Part shown: piece after piece, positions 29,717 to 38,929 of the stretch
Position numbering within the stretch: the stretch's first letter is position 1
How the letters are laid out: each line of letters begins with the position of its first letter
From: a virus
Lineage: Duplodnaviria > Caudoviricetes
IMG/VR virus record: IMGVR_UViG_3300011337_000502
Coordinates: 1-42,148 of that record
Length of the DNA: 42,148 nt
Reading direction: 5' to 3' (one strand)
Made by a program: the position numbers and the translations under genes
The notes under the pieces: generated by a model
Databases searched by the model: none
Seen by the model: only the letters and a program-made list of their open reading frames with translations
Told to the model about the DNA's origin: nothing

Positions 29717-32700
29717 ATGGCGTCATTAACTGGACAAAAGATAAAGGATACATACAAATCGTTACTAAAAGTAGGCGATAATGGACAAATAACTCCTAAT
29801 TTTAAAAATATATCAGACGGTAGTGGAAGTACAACCGGACTGTATTTAAAAAGCGATGGAGTATCAGTTAGTGGATCATTTGTAGTATCTGGATCAGTAG
29901 CGGTATCAGGATCTATTTTTCTAACTGAAATTTATGGTAATTTAATAGGTACTGCTAGTTATGCCACACAAGGACTTTCTTCATCATTAGCTCAAACTGC
30001 ATCATTCGCTCCTAATTATACAACACTATTAGGATTTAACGCATTTACTTCTAGCTATAAATTAGATAGCGGTTCTTTCGATCAAAGGACAGATTTGCTA
30101 GAAAATGCAATGTCAGGATCAAAAAGGCTTTACGTTTCACCAGAAGGATTAGACACTAATGACGGTACAGAACCTCATAAGCCATTTAAAACAATTAAAG
30201 CAGCTGTAGACAGCTTAGGAGCAAAAAGCCCTTTTAATATAAAAAGATTCACAATATTTGTTGGATCAGGAGACTACACTGAGCAAAATCCTATCGTAGT
30301 TCCTCCTGGAACTGCTATTGTTGGAGATAACTTGCGTACAGTAAGGTTGACAGCAGCTAATCCTACAAAAGACTTTTTTCATATTTACGAGTCTAGCTAT
30401 TTTTACGGACTTAGGATTCTAAACTTACAGCATCCCGCTTTCTGTTTCTCGTTTCCTTGTTCTATAGCCACAGCTACTATATCAGGAGGACAAGTAACTG
30501 GACTTAATCTTATTCACTCAGCCACAGGATACACTGATGGAGTAGATCAAAATATAGACATATTAATAGAAGAACCAGACGCAATAGGAACTGCAGCAAC
30601 TGCTGTGGCAACAATATCTGGAGGAGTAATAACTTCATTCACTATTACAAATGGAGGATCTGGATACGCTTTGGGAGAAAAACCACTAGTCTCTATTCCA
30701 ATACCAACTTCTGTAAGACCTTTTATAGGAACTTCTCCTTATATTCAGAACTGTTCTTCAATAACAGGTCCTTTTGATAACTCAGGAAATCTAATATCAG
30801 TATTCACTCCATTACCTTACGACACAAGTAACGTAAATGAGCAAGGAGCTGGTGGTGGAATGAGAATAGATGGAAATCTAACTACTACAACGTCTCCACT
30901 AAGATCAATGGTGGCTGATTCATTTACTCAAGTTAACCAAGGAGGACCAGGACACTTAGTAATCAACAGAGGTTATGCCCAGTTCGTTTCTTGTTTCACT
31001 ACATTCTGTACTTACGGATTCAAAACCGCAGCTGGTGGATTTGCAAACGTATCAAACTCTGTAATTGACTTTGGTAAGTACGGATTGATATCCAAAACTT
31101 ATTATCCAGTAGCCTATAACACAGGATCTTCTTTAGAAACTAAAACTTCAACTGTAAGTGGATTTGTTATAGATGAAAATGGAGCTGGATACACAGGATC
31201 AGTAGCAAATGTAATAATTTCTGGAGGTGGAGCATCAGTAAATGCGACTGCTCAAGCAAATGTAAACTCAAATGGATCGATAAACGAAATAGTTTTACTT
31301 ACTGGCGGTAGCGGATATACTGATCAGCCAAACGTAACTATTGCTGCTCCAACTGGAGTAGGTGGAATTCAAGCGACGACTGTAGCAGGAAAAGCTAATA
31401 TCACAGGAGTTTCTGAAATGTTAATTAGCTTACTTAGCGGATCTAGAAGTGTAGACATAAGCTCAAATATGAGACTTAATGGCACTAACTACCTTATCAC
31501 AGGAGTAGCTCCAGTAACAGGACAACCTTCACAAAAAAGAGTCACTACTTATCCTTCACCTTCAAGTATCACAACTGGAGATGTAGTACAATTCTATGAC
31601 TTATCTAATATATCTACTGGAGGTCTTGTTAATGAGTATGTTGGTTCTGGAGTAACTTATAACGCGCTTCCTCAATATGGTGGAATTCCAATAAAACAAA
31701 GAGAAGTCACTCAAATAGCTCCTGGTAAAGTATTCTATGTTACTATCGATAATATAGGTAATCTAGCGATAGGTAGCTACTTTGCAGTGAATCAATTGAC
31801 AGGCGAAGTCACAATTAACGCTAATTCCTTCAACTTATCAGGATTAAATGCAATTGGACCTTTTAAAAGAAATGGAGTTCCTGTTGGAGTTGTACTTCAA
31901 GAAGTAAGTAACAATACTGCTTTAATAAACTCTCAAGGAATTTACGGAGAAGACACTACTCCGACTCAATACGCTGTTCAACAATACGTAGCAGTAATTA
32001 GTTCTTCAATTGGAACTAATATAGCACAAACTAGCGCATCTATAGCTGCTAACATAGCCACTACAAGCGCTAGTTTGGTTAGTGTGTCTGCATCTTACGC
32101 GGCTTTGTCAGCCTCGTTCATGTCAGGATCTTTTTCTGGAAGCTTTACAGGATTCTTTACTGGATCTTTAGGCAACCTAAAAGGAAGACTACAATACATT
32201 CCAGCCTTCTCTTCAGTAGACTCATTGGTTACGAGCTCTATGTATCAAATATATCCACAGAGCATCGCAATCAACCAAGAAGCGATAACTACAGCTGCTC
32301 CCGAAGCATTGTATGTGTGGCAGTCTAGCACTTCTTCATTTAATGTAATAAGCGGTAAAGGTAACTTAAACCACTACTTACAACTTAATATACAGAACAC
32401 AAATCAAGGAGTAAGTGCATCATCAGACGTAGTAGCTACAGCAAATAACGGAGACGAGAATGTCAATTACATAAACATGGGTATTAACGGAGAAAACTTC
32501 GTTGGACCTATCGGTGTATCTAACGATGCGTATCTTTATTCAACTGGTAGAGACCTTCACATCGGTAATGCTTCAAATTATCCAGTTCAAATATTCGCAG
32601 GTGGCTTTGATACTAACTTAAATAGAAAAGCTTTATTTAGTCCTAATGGAGTTCACGATATAACTGGATCTTTAAGAATAACTGGATCTCTAACTGTTAG

Positions 32701-35275
32701 TCACGGAATAACTGGAAGTTTATTTGGAAATGCTTCTACTGCTACTTCTGCTTCAAGAGCGACTAGCGCATCAATAGCTGATAACACTATATTGTTTAGC
32801 GGCAAAGATCTAGCAACTTTTGCAACCACCGGATCTAATATATTTAAAGGAACACAAATAATAAGCGGATCAGCAACTATAACTGGATCAGTGATAATAA
32901 GTGGTTCATTAAATATAATTAACGGACCAGTAAATGCTATATCAGGAATTACTGGTTCATTATTTGGAACAGCATCACATGCTTCTAATGCAATATTATT
33001 AAATAGTACAGCCTCTTCCGTATTCGCTACTACAGGATCAAACTCTTTCATAGGAACTCAAAGAATAACTGGAAGTGTCAATATCTCAGGATCTACTACA
33101 CAAATAGGTAATAACACTCTTCTTGGAACAACACTACTATCAGGAAGTGTAACTATTTCAGGATCACTAGGATCTACTATTCCAAGTGTACAAATTTACG
33201 GTGATATTAGACAATCTGGTTATCATAGATTCGATTCAGTAACAACAAATATAGATGCAAGTATATCTGCTTCTTACATTTATGTTTCTGGTTCTACAAA
33301 TGACTTATATTTTTCTCAAAATGGATCAGGATATAATAATATAACAAGACTTAGGTGGTTAGAGGGTAACATGTATACAGGATTGTTAAATGGAGGTGTA
33401 ATTGGATCATCATCATCTACAGTTTATACAGTATCAAGTGGTTCTGGAATTATAGTAGATCTAAATGCCTCTTTAAGTGATAATCCATATCCTACAATTA
33501 AATACTTAAATTGGAATAATCTTTCTGCTAGCATTGCTCCACAAACTGGATCGTATGATCAAACTTTTGTAGGTATTGACAATACAGGTAATATATATGC
33601 TCAAGGAACTCCATTTTTTGATGGTCAATTTGATACCTTAATTAATGTAGGAATTGTACTTCATCAAAATCGTTCTACAATTAATGCGGTTAAAACACAA
33701 CCTAGTGTAGCATACGGAGCAGTACAAAGAAACAATATATTTACAAGAGCTTTTGGTCCACTAAAGCTTTCTGGATTTACTTTAGCAGCTAGCGGATCTT
33801 CTACAGGAAGTTTAGTAGTCGGAAGCGGAACTGCTTACGCAGATGGAGCATATTACACAATAGATCCAGACAATCCAAGCTACGTAATAGACAATGGTAC
33901 TAATACATCAAAAATATACAGATACAGACAGTCCGGATCTCAATATGTATACGACACTAACGCAGGAGCAGGTTATCCAATAATAGATTCAAAAAACTAT
34001 TCCAATAATGGAGTTTTAACCGCGGTTGGAGCTGGAAACTTCTCTGTTCAAAGAGTATTTTGGTTCCCTAATTCAAACACAAAAGCAATAGTAGTTTATT
34101 ACGGAAACAGAACATATTCTACCTTATCTGATGCAATCGCGAATATTAATATAGAGTCTTTTGTAGAAGCTCCAAACACTGCGGCTAACGCAATATACCT
34201 TGGAGCAATCTGTATCTCAGGAGCTAATAATGCTTCATTACAAGTACCAGCAGATGCAACAATTATGCCTTCGGGATTATTTAGGTCTATTGGAGGCTCA
34301 GGAGGTGGTGGTTCTACAATCACAACTACTTTAGCTGGACTTTCTGATGTATCAATTACAGCACCAAGTGATCATCAACCTTTTGCTTATGATACTACAG
34401 CAGGAAAATGGACTAATCAGTCTACAATAACTGCAAATATAGTTGGTAATGCTTCTACTGCAACTACAGCTTCATACGCTATGTTTGCACTTACTGCTTC
34501 CTATGTGTCAGGTTCTGGTGGTGGTTCTGGAGCAGGATTTCCTTTCTCTGGATCTGCGGTAATAACAGGAAGCCTACTAGTTTCTTCTAGCTTAAATGTT
34601 ATTGGAGGACAAACCGTAACCGGAAGCCTAAACGTATCCTCAGGAATCACTGGATCTCTATTTGGGACAGCTTCTCAAGCAGTAAGTAGTTCATACGCTT
34701 TAACTGCTTCTTACGCGGCCAACGTGCCCCAAACTGCATCCTACGCGCTTCAAGCAGCTAGCTCATCTTTTGCAGTTACCTCTTCTTACGCAATAAGTAG
34801 CTCGTATGCTTTGTCCTCTTCTTATGCACTAAGTTCTTTATCTGCTTCATATGCTCAAACTGCATCCTATGCACTTCAAGCAGCTAGTTCATCATTCGCA
34901 GTTACCTCTTCTTACACAGAAGTCGCAGCTACTGCTTCTTACGCGGTATCTTTCCAAATTAGAGGAGCACTTATCGAATACGCGACCGTTAACACTTCAA
35001 TAGTAGGATCAAACAACTTATTCACTAAACAAACTGGAAGCTATACTTCTGGATTCTACAAGTACACAGTACATAGCGGATCAAATGCAAGAGCAGGAGA
35101 AGTATTCGCTGTCTGGAACAGAGGAAACGTAGAGTACACAGATATTTCTACTAATGATATAGGAACTACGGCAACTGTAACAGCATCAGTAGCGATAATA
35201 AACTCTGAAGCTCAATTTAATATACAAACAAATGATTCTGCTTGGCAAATAAAAAGCACAGTAACATATTTATAG
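29717..35275 (+). CDS. Large tail fibre/spike protein with beta-helix-like region
   Basis: 1852 aa, S/G/T-rich. YVSPEGLDTNDG...PFKTIKAA is a pectin-lyase-like entry motif; GSGY repeats; ITGS/SGS and ASYA repeats. Confidence 0.75.
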   Translation: MASLTGQKIKDTYKSLLKVGDNGQITPNFKNISDGSGSTTGLYLKSDGVSVSGSFVVSGSVAVSGSIFLTEIYGNLIGTASYATQGLSSSLAQTASFAPNYTTLLGFNAFTSSYKLDSGSFDQRTDLLENAMSGSKRLYVSPEGLDTNDGTEPHKPFKTIKAAVDSLGAKSPFNIKRFTIFVGSGDYTEQNPIVVPPGTAIVGDNLRTVRLTAANPTKDFFHIYESSYFYGLRILNLQHPAFCFSFPCSIATATISGGQVTGLNLIHSATGYTDGVDQNIDILIEEPDAIGTAATAVATISGGVITSFTITNGGSGYALGEKPLVSIPIPTSVRPFIGTSPYIQNCSSITGPFDNSGNLISVFTPLPYDTSNVNEQGAGGGMRIDGNLTTTTSPLRSMVADSFTQVNQGGPGHLVINRGYAQFVSCFTTFCTYGFKTAAGGFANVSNSVIDFGKYGLISKTYYPVAYNTGSSLETKTSTVSGFVIDENGAGYTGSVANVIISGGGASVNATAQANVNSNGSINEIVLLTGGSGYTDQPNVTIAAPTGVGGIQATTVAGKANITGVSEMLISLLSGSRSVDISSNMRLNGTNYLITGVAPVTGQPSQKRVTTYPSPSSITTGDVVQFYDLSNISTGGLVNEYVGSGVTYNALPQYGGIPIKQREVTQIAPGKVFYVTIDNIGNLAIGSYFAVNQLTGEVTINANSFNLSGLNAIGPFKRNGVPVGVVLQEVSNNTALINSQGIYGEDTTPTQYAVQQYVAVISSSIGTNIAQTSASIAANIATTSASLVSVSASYAALSASFMSGSFSGSFTGFFTGSLGNLKGRLQYIPAFSSVDSLVTSSMYQIYPQSIAINQEAITTAAPEALYVWQSSTSSFNVISGKGNLNHYLQLNIQNTNQGVSASSDVVATANNGDENVNYINMGINGENFVGPIGVSNDAYLYSTGRDLHIGNASNYPVQIFAGGFDTNLNRKALFSPNGVHDITGSLRITGSLTVSHGITGSLFGNASTATSASRATSASIADNTILFSGKDLATFATTGSNIFKGTQIISGSATITGSVIISGSLNIINGPVNAISGITGSLFGTASHASNAILLNSTASSVFATTGSNSFIGTQRITGSVNISGSTTQIGNNTLLGTTLLSGSVTISGSLGSTIPSVQIYGDIRQSGYHRFDSVTTNIDASISASYIYVSGSTNDLYFSQNGSGYNNITRLRWLEGNMYTGLLNGGVIGSSSSTVYTVSSGSGIIVDLNASLSDNPYPTIKYLNWNNLSASIAPQTGSYDQTFVGIDNTGNIYAQGTPFFDGQFDTLINVGIVLHQNRSTINAVKTQPSVAYGAVQRNNIFTRAFGPLKLSGFTLAASGSSTGSLVVGSGTAYADGAYYTIDPDNPSYVIDNGTNTSKIYRYRQSGSQYVYDTNAGAGYPIIDSKNYSNNGVLTAVGAGNFSVQRVFWFPNSNTKAIVVYYGNRTYSTLSDAIANINIESFVEAPNTAANAIYLGAICISGANNASLQVPADATIMPSGLFRSIGGSGGGGSTITTTLAGLSDVSITAPSDHQPFAYDTTAGKWTNQSTITANIVGNASTATTASYAMFALTASYVSGSGGGSGAGFPFSGSAVITGSLLVSSSLNVIGGQTVTGSLNVSSGITGSLFGTASQAVSSSYALTASYAANVPQTASYALQAASSSFAVTSSYAISSSYALSSSYALSSLSASYAQTASYALQAASSSFAVTSSYTEVAATASYAVSFQIRGALIEYATVNTSIVGSNNLFTKQTGSYTSGFYKYTVHSGSNARAGEVFAVWNRGNVEYTDISTNDIGTTATVTASVAIINSEAQFNIQTNDSAWQIKSTVTYL
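34730..34915 (+). repeat. 60-nt imperfect direct repeat within the ASYA-repeat tract
   Basis: 34730-34789 and 34856-34915 both encode QTASYALQAASSSFAVTSSY, with only synonymous differences. Confidence 0.85.
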
Positions 35276-35316
35276 AAAATAGATAAACCCTCGTCTTGGG
35301 GAGAGTGAACCGAGAC
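35266..35316 (+). promoter_or_regulatory. Late promoter motif plus leader hairpin
   Basis: ATATTTAT 35266-73 in the last codons of the fibre gene. Stem GTCTTGG 35293-99/CCGAGAC 35310-16 with loop GGAGAGTGAA ends 8 nt before ATG 35325. Confidence 0.5.
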
Positions 35317-35324
35317 ACAAAGAT

Positions 35325-35579
35325 ATGAGTTTAGAATTTATAGCCCGGAATGGTGTAATAGCCCAAAATAATTCTATAATTACGGGATCTTTAACAGTAA
35401 CAAGAGGTATCTCAGGATCATTTTTCGGCACAGCATCAAACGCAGTGTCTTCTTCGTACTCACTATCAAGTTCATTTGCTGTAAGTTCTTCTTACGCGCT
35501 TAGCTCTTCATATGCAGTATCTTCTTCATTCTCAACAACAGGATCTTTTGCTTTAACAGTTGATGGAGGTAGCTTCTAA
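35325..35579 (+). CDS. Mini tail-fibre-like module protein
   Basis: MSLEFIARNG, ITGSL, FGTAS, SSSYA repeats and C-terminal VDGGSF; same repeat vocabulary as the upstream fibre. Confidence 0.7.
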   Translation: MSLEFIARNGVIAQNNSIITGSLTVTRGISGSFFGTASNAVSSSYSLSSSFAVSSSYALSSSYAVSSSFSTTGSFALTVDGGSF

Positions 35580-37216
35580 TGGGAGTTACTTTATCATATA
35601 GCGGACTTGGTGGCAAGCTTAAGTTTTCTGGAACTTCTGGAAGGTTTAGGACTGTTTATACAAAACCTTTACTGCTTTCTCTTTATCCTGGAGCAGCTGG
35701 TGCGTACTCTTTGAGAAAACTATCATCTACATACACTGGATCTGCAATTAGAGTAAGAAGATCCAGCGATAACACAGAAACCAATATAGGATTCAACAGC
35801 ACAGACGGATTAGACACTACGTCTTTAACTTCATTTGTTGGAGCTGGAAGTGGATTCGTAACTACTTGGTATGACCAAAGTGGAAATTCAAGAAATCTTG
35901 TGCAAACTACGAATGCAAACCAACCAATAATAGTAAATACAGGAACAGTTCAAATTATAAATGGTAAGCCAATAGTTTATTTTGATACAACTGCTAAAAG
36001 TTTAAGCGTAGCTTATGGATTTCCTGGAGCTAATTCATTTATTTTTGATGTTTTACAATCAAATAGTACTAGGTTTCTTGTATATCATGGAGCATCTGGT
36101 GGTAGTACTTACGTTAGTGTGGGAAATAATGCAGACTCAAACCCAAATATAAACGGCGGCGCTACAGTTTCTCAATATTATAGAAATGGAGCCTTACAGA
36201 CTTCTCCAACAACAAGAATTGGAATTTATAATTTAGTTTCCACAAATACTCAAATACTACTTACACATAAGTTAGAATTAACTTCATGGCCAGCATTTAT
36301 AATATCAGGATATTCAGCCTATGAATTTGTACACTATAAATCAGAAATAATAATATACAATACTGATCAAACAGCAAACAGACCAGCAATAGAATCAAAC
36401 ATAAACTCGTATTATTCAATTTATACTCCTACATGGCAAGGAACAGGAACAGCTTTATTAGATCTATATCCAAGTTCTGCTGGGGCTTACAGTTTGCGTA
36501 ATCTTTCTTCTACTTATACTGGTCCGCTAGTTAGAGTAAGAAGAAGTTCAGATAATGCTGAACAAGACATTTACGGAACACTTGCAGGACAGTTAGATAC
36601 CACATCATTACTTTCTTTTGTAGGCGCAGGAAATGGATTTGTTACTACATGGTACGATCAAAGTGGTAATTCAAGGAATAGCGTACAAGCAACTACTGCA
36701 AATCAACCTATAATAGTTAGCAGCGGAACAATACAATTACTTAACAATAAACCAGCTATTTATTTTGATACTGTAAATAGTAATTTAGCTACTTCGTATG
36801 GATTTCCCGGAGCAACTTCCTTTATATTTGATGTTTTAAAAACGTCTGACACAAGATTTAATTTATATCACTCAGCAAACGGAGGACTTACTATTATTTC
36901 AGTAGCAATCTCAGGAGATACTAGTACATCTATTAATTATAATGCTACTGTTTTCAATTATTATAAAAATGGAGTAGTACAAACAAGTCCAACAAATAGA
37001 AATGAAGTTTATCTTTTAATAGCTACAGGGCTGCCAATACTATTAACGCATAAATGCACTATGACAGGATGGACTGCATTTAATTTATCAGGATATACTA
37101 GTTCAACAAGCGAACACATTCATTATAGAAACGAAATAATAATATATAACACTGATCAAACATCAAATAGAACAGCAATAGAATCAAATATTAATTCAAA
37201 TTACACAATATACTAA
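35579..37216 (+). CDS. Putative receptor-binding protein, two tandem ConA/arabinofuranosidase-B-like domains
   Basis: Two copies of AYSLRxLSSTYTG..IRVRRSSDN...GFVTTWYDQSGN...NQP. Confidence 0.75.
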   Translation: MGVTLSYSGLGGKLKFSGTSGRFRTVYTKPLLLSLYPGAAGAYSLRKLSSTYTGSAIRVRRSSDNTETNIGFNSTDGLDTTSLTSFVGAGSGFVTTWYDQSGNSRNLVQTTNANQPIIVNTGTVQIINGKPIVYFDTTAKSLSVAYGFPGANSFIFDVLQSNSTRFLVYHGASGGSTYVSVGNNADSNPNINGGATVSQYYRNGALQTSPTTRIGIYNLVSTNTQILLTHKLELTSWPAFIISGYSAYEFVHYKSEIIIYNTDQTANRPAIESNINSYYSIYTPTWQGTGTALLDLYPSSAGAYSLRNLSSTYTGPLVRVRRSSDNAEQDIYGTLAGQLDTTSLLSFVGAGNGFVTTWYDQSGNSRNSVQATTANQPIIVSSGTIQLLNNKPAIYFDTVNSNLATSYGFPGATSFIFDVLKTSDTRFNLYHSANGGLTIISVAISGDTSTSINYNATVFNYYKNGVVQTSPTNRNEVYLLIATGLPILLTHKCTMTGWTAFNLSGYTSSTSEHIHYRNEIIIYNTDQTSNRTAIESNINSNYTIY

Positions 37217-37225
37217 TAAAAGTCA

Positions 37226-38929
37226 ATGGCAATAAGGATCACAAATAATAACTACGGCGGAAGAGTCTCCATATCAAGCAGAGGTCTTGGAGGGAGATTC
37301 CAGTATGCTGCTGATCCAATTCCTTTATTACTTGATCTGTATTCTGGAGCAGCTGCTGCGTACAGTTTAAGAAAGCTAAGTACAAGTTATACAGGATCTG
37401 CTATAAGAGTAAGAAGGTTAAGCGATAACGCAGAAACCGACATTGGATTTTCTGGAACAACATTGAGTACTTCTGCGCTAACGGCTTTTTGCGGAGCGAC
37501 CAGCGGATTTGTGACTACTTGGTACGATCAAAGCGGAAACGGTAAAAACGCTGTTCAAGCCGCTACAGCAAATCAACCTAGAATAGTAAACGCTGGATCT
37601 GTCTATCTTTTAAATAATACCCCAGCTATATACTTTAGCATGACAGGAGGAGGATTAAGTTTGACTTCCTATTTCACTGGCACTGCTGGCACACTATTTA
37701 GAGTTCAAAAAAATGATACTGATCCTCCTAGCTCTTTTGCAGGAGCTCCTATAGATAATGTAGGAACTTATTTAGTGAATGATACTTCTTACTATCCATA
37801 TACAGACGGAGTTATATATGAAAAGTTTGCGACTAGTGTAAGAAAAAATATTGGAAATTTATCATATACGCTAACTTCTTCAAGCTTGTTTACCGTATTA
37901 TCAGACACAGGATTTTGGGACGCTAGATATAATGGCACTCAAGTTTATAACACATTAAGTAATACAGTTGGATATGCGACTAATCAATTCGCATCAATAG
38001 GTAGTAGCTATGTTGGATTAGTTAGCGAAATTGTTGTGTACACTAATAATAAATTAAATGTTCGTACGTCTATAGAATCAAATATAAGTAATTATTATAG
38101 TCTTTATCCCATTACTGTTCCAACAAATCCTTGGACAGGATCAGGAACTGCTCTATTGGATTTGTATCCTAGCGCAGATATGGCATATTCATTAAGAAAC
38201 TTATCTTCTACATACACAGGACCATTGATTAGAGTTAGAAGATCTTCAGATAACTCAGAAACAGATATATACGGAATTAGTAACGGACAGTTAGACGAAA
38301 GTTCTCTATTAACATTTGCTGGAGCTAACAGCTTATCAGTAGTAAAATGGTACGATCAGAATAATAATACTCGTGATGCAGTGCAGTTCACTAATGGATC
38401 TCAACCATTTATAGTAGATTCTGGATCGATTAATAAAATCAATTCAAAACCAACTATAAGATTTACTGGAACAAGTCCATTATCTGTTCTAACAGTTTTT
38501 TCAGGAAGCGCAGGAACAAAAATACAAGTCGTAAGAACTTACGCTGATCCTACTAGCACCTTCGCAGGAAACGTTTTAAATCGTGTAGGTAACGCAGGAG
38601 GAATATCTGGACACTATCCCTTTTCAGACGGTGTCATATACGATGAGTTTGCCACAACTTCTAGAAAAACAGTTGGAAATCCTACGCCCTCTCTAGCTAA
38701 CCTTCATGTTTATGAGGCAGTTTCCGATTCTAACCTGTTCAAGTCTTTCATAAACAACTCAGAGATATTTACTACAGCAACTAATACAGTAGGATATTAC
38801 TCACAGACACCTATAGTGGGAGACGCATACTCAGGGTCTATCTCAGAAGTAATCGTGTATCAATCCAATAAATCTTCAAGCTTATCAGCAATAAACGCAA
38901 ATATAAACTCCTACTACACAATATACTAA
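37226..38929 (+). CDS. Paralogous receptor-binding protein, two tandem ConA-like domains
   Basis: Same repeated domain as the upstream gene, with different variable halves. Confidence 0.75.
   Translation: MAIRITNNNYGGRVSISSRGLGGRFQYAADPIPLLLDLYSGAAAAYSLRKLSTSYTGSAIRVRRLSDNAETDIGFSGTTLSTSALTAFCGATSGFVTTWYDQSGNGKNAVQAATANQPRIVNAGSVYLLNNTPAIYFSMTGGGLSLTSYFTGTAGTLFRVQKNDTDPPSSFAGAPIDNVGTYLVNDTSYYPYTDGVIYEKFATSVRKNIGNLSYTLTSSSLFTVLSDTGFWDARYNGTQVYNTLSNTVGYATNQFASIGSSYVGLVSEIVVYTNNKLNVRTSIESNISNYYSLYPITVPTNPWTGSGTALLDLYPSADMAYSLRNLSSTYTGPLIRVRRSSDNSETDIYGISNGQLDESSLLTFAGANSLSVVKWYDQNNNTRDAVQFTNGSQPFIVDSGSINKINSKPTIRFTGTSPLSVLTVFSGSAGTKIQVVRTYADPTSTFAGNVLNRVGNAGGISGHYPFSDGVIYDEFATTSRKTVGNPTPSLANLHVYEAVSDSNLFKSFINNSEIFTTATNTVGYYSQTPIVGDAYSGSISEVIVYQSNKSSSLSAINANINSYYTIY

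Noticed and set aside
34680-35560. CRISPR-like array in the repeat tracts
   Set aside because: These are degenerate protein-coding repeats (ASYA/SSSYA) with no constant repeat-spacer periodicity.
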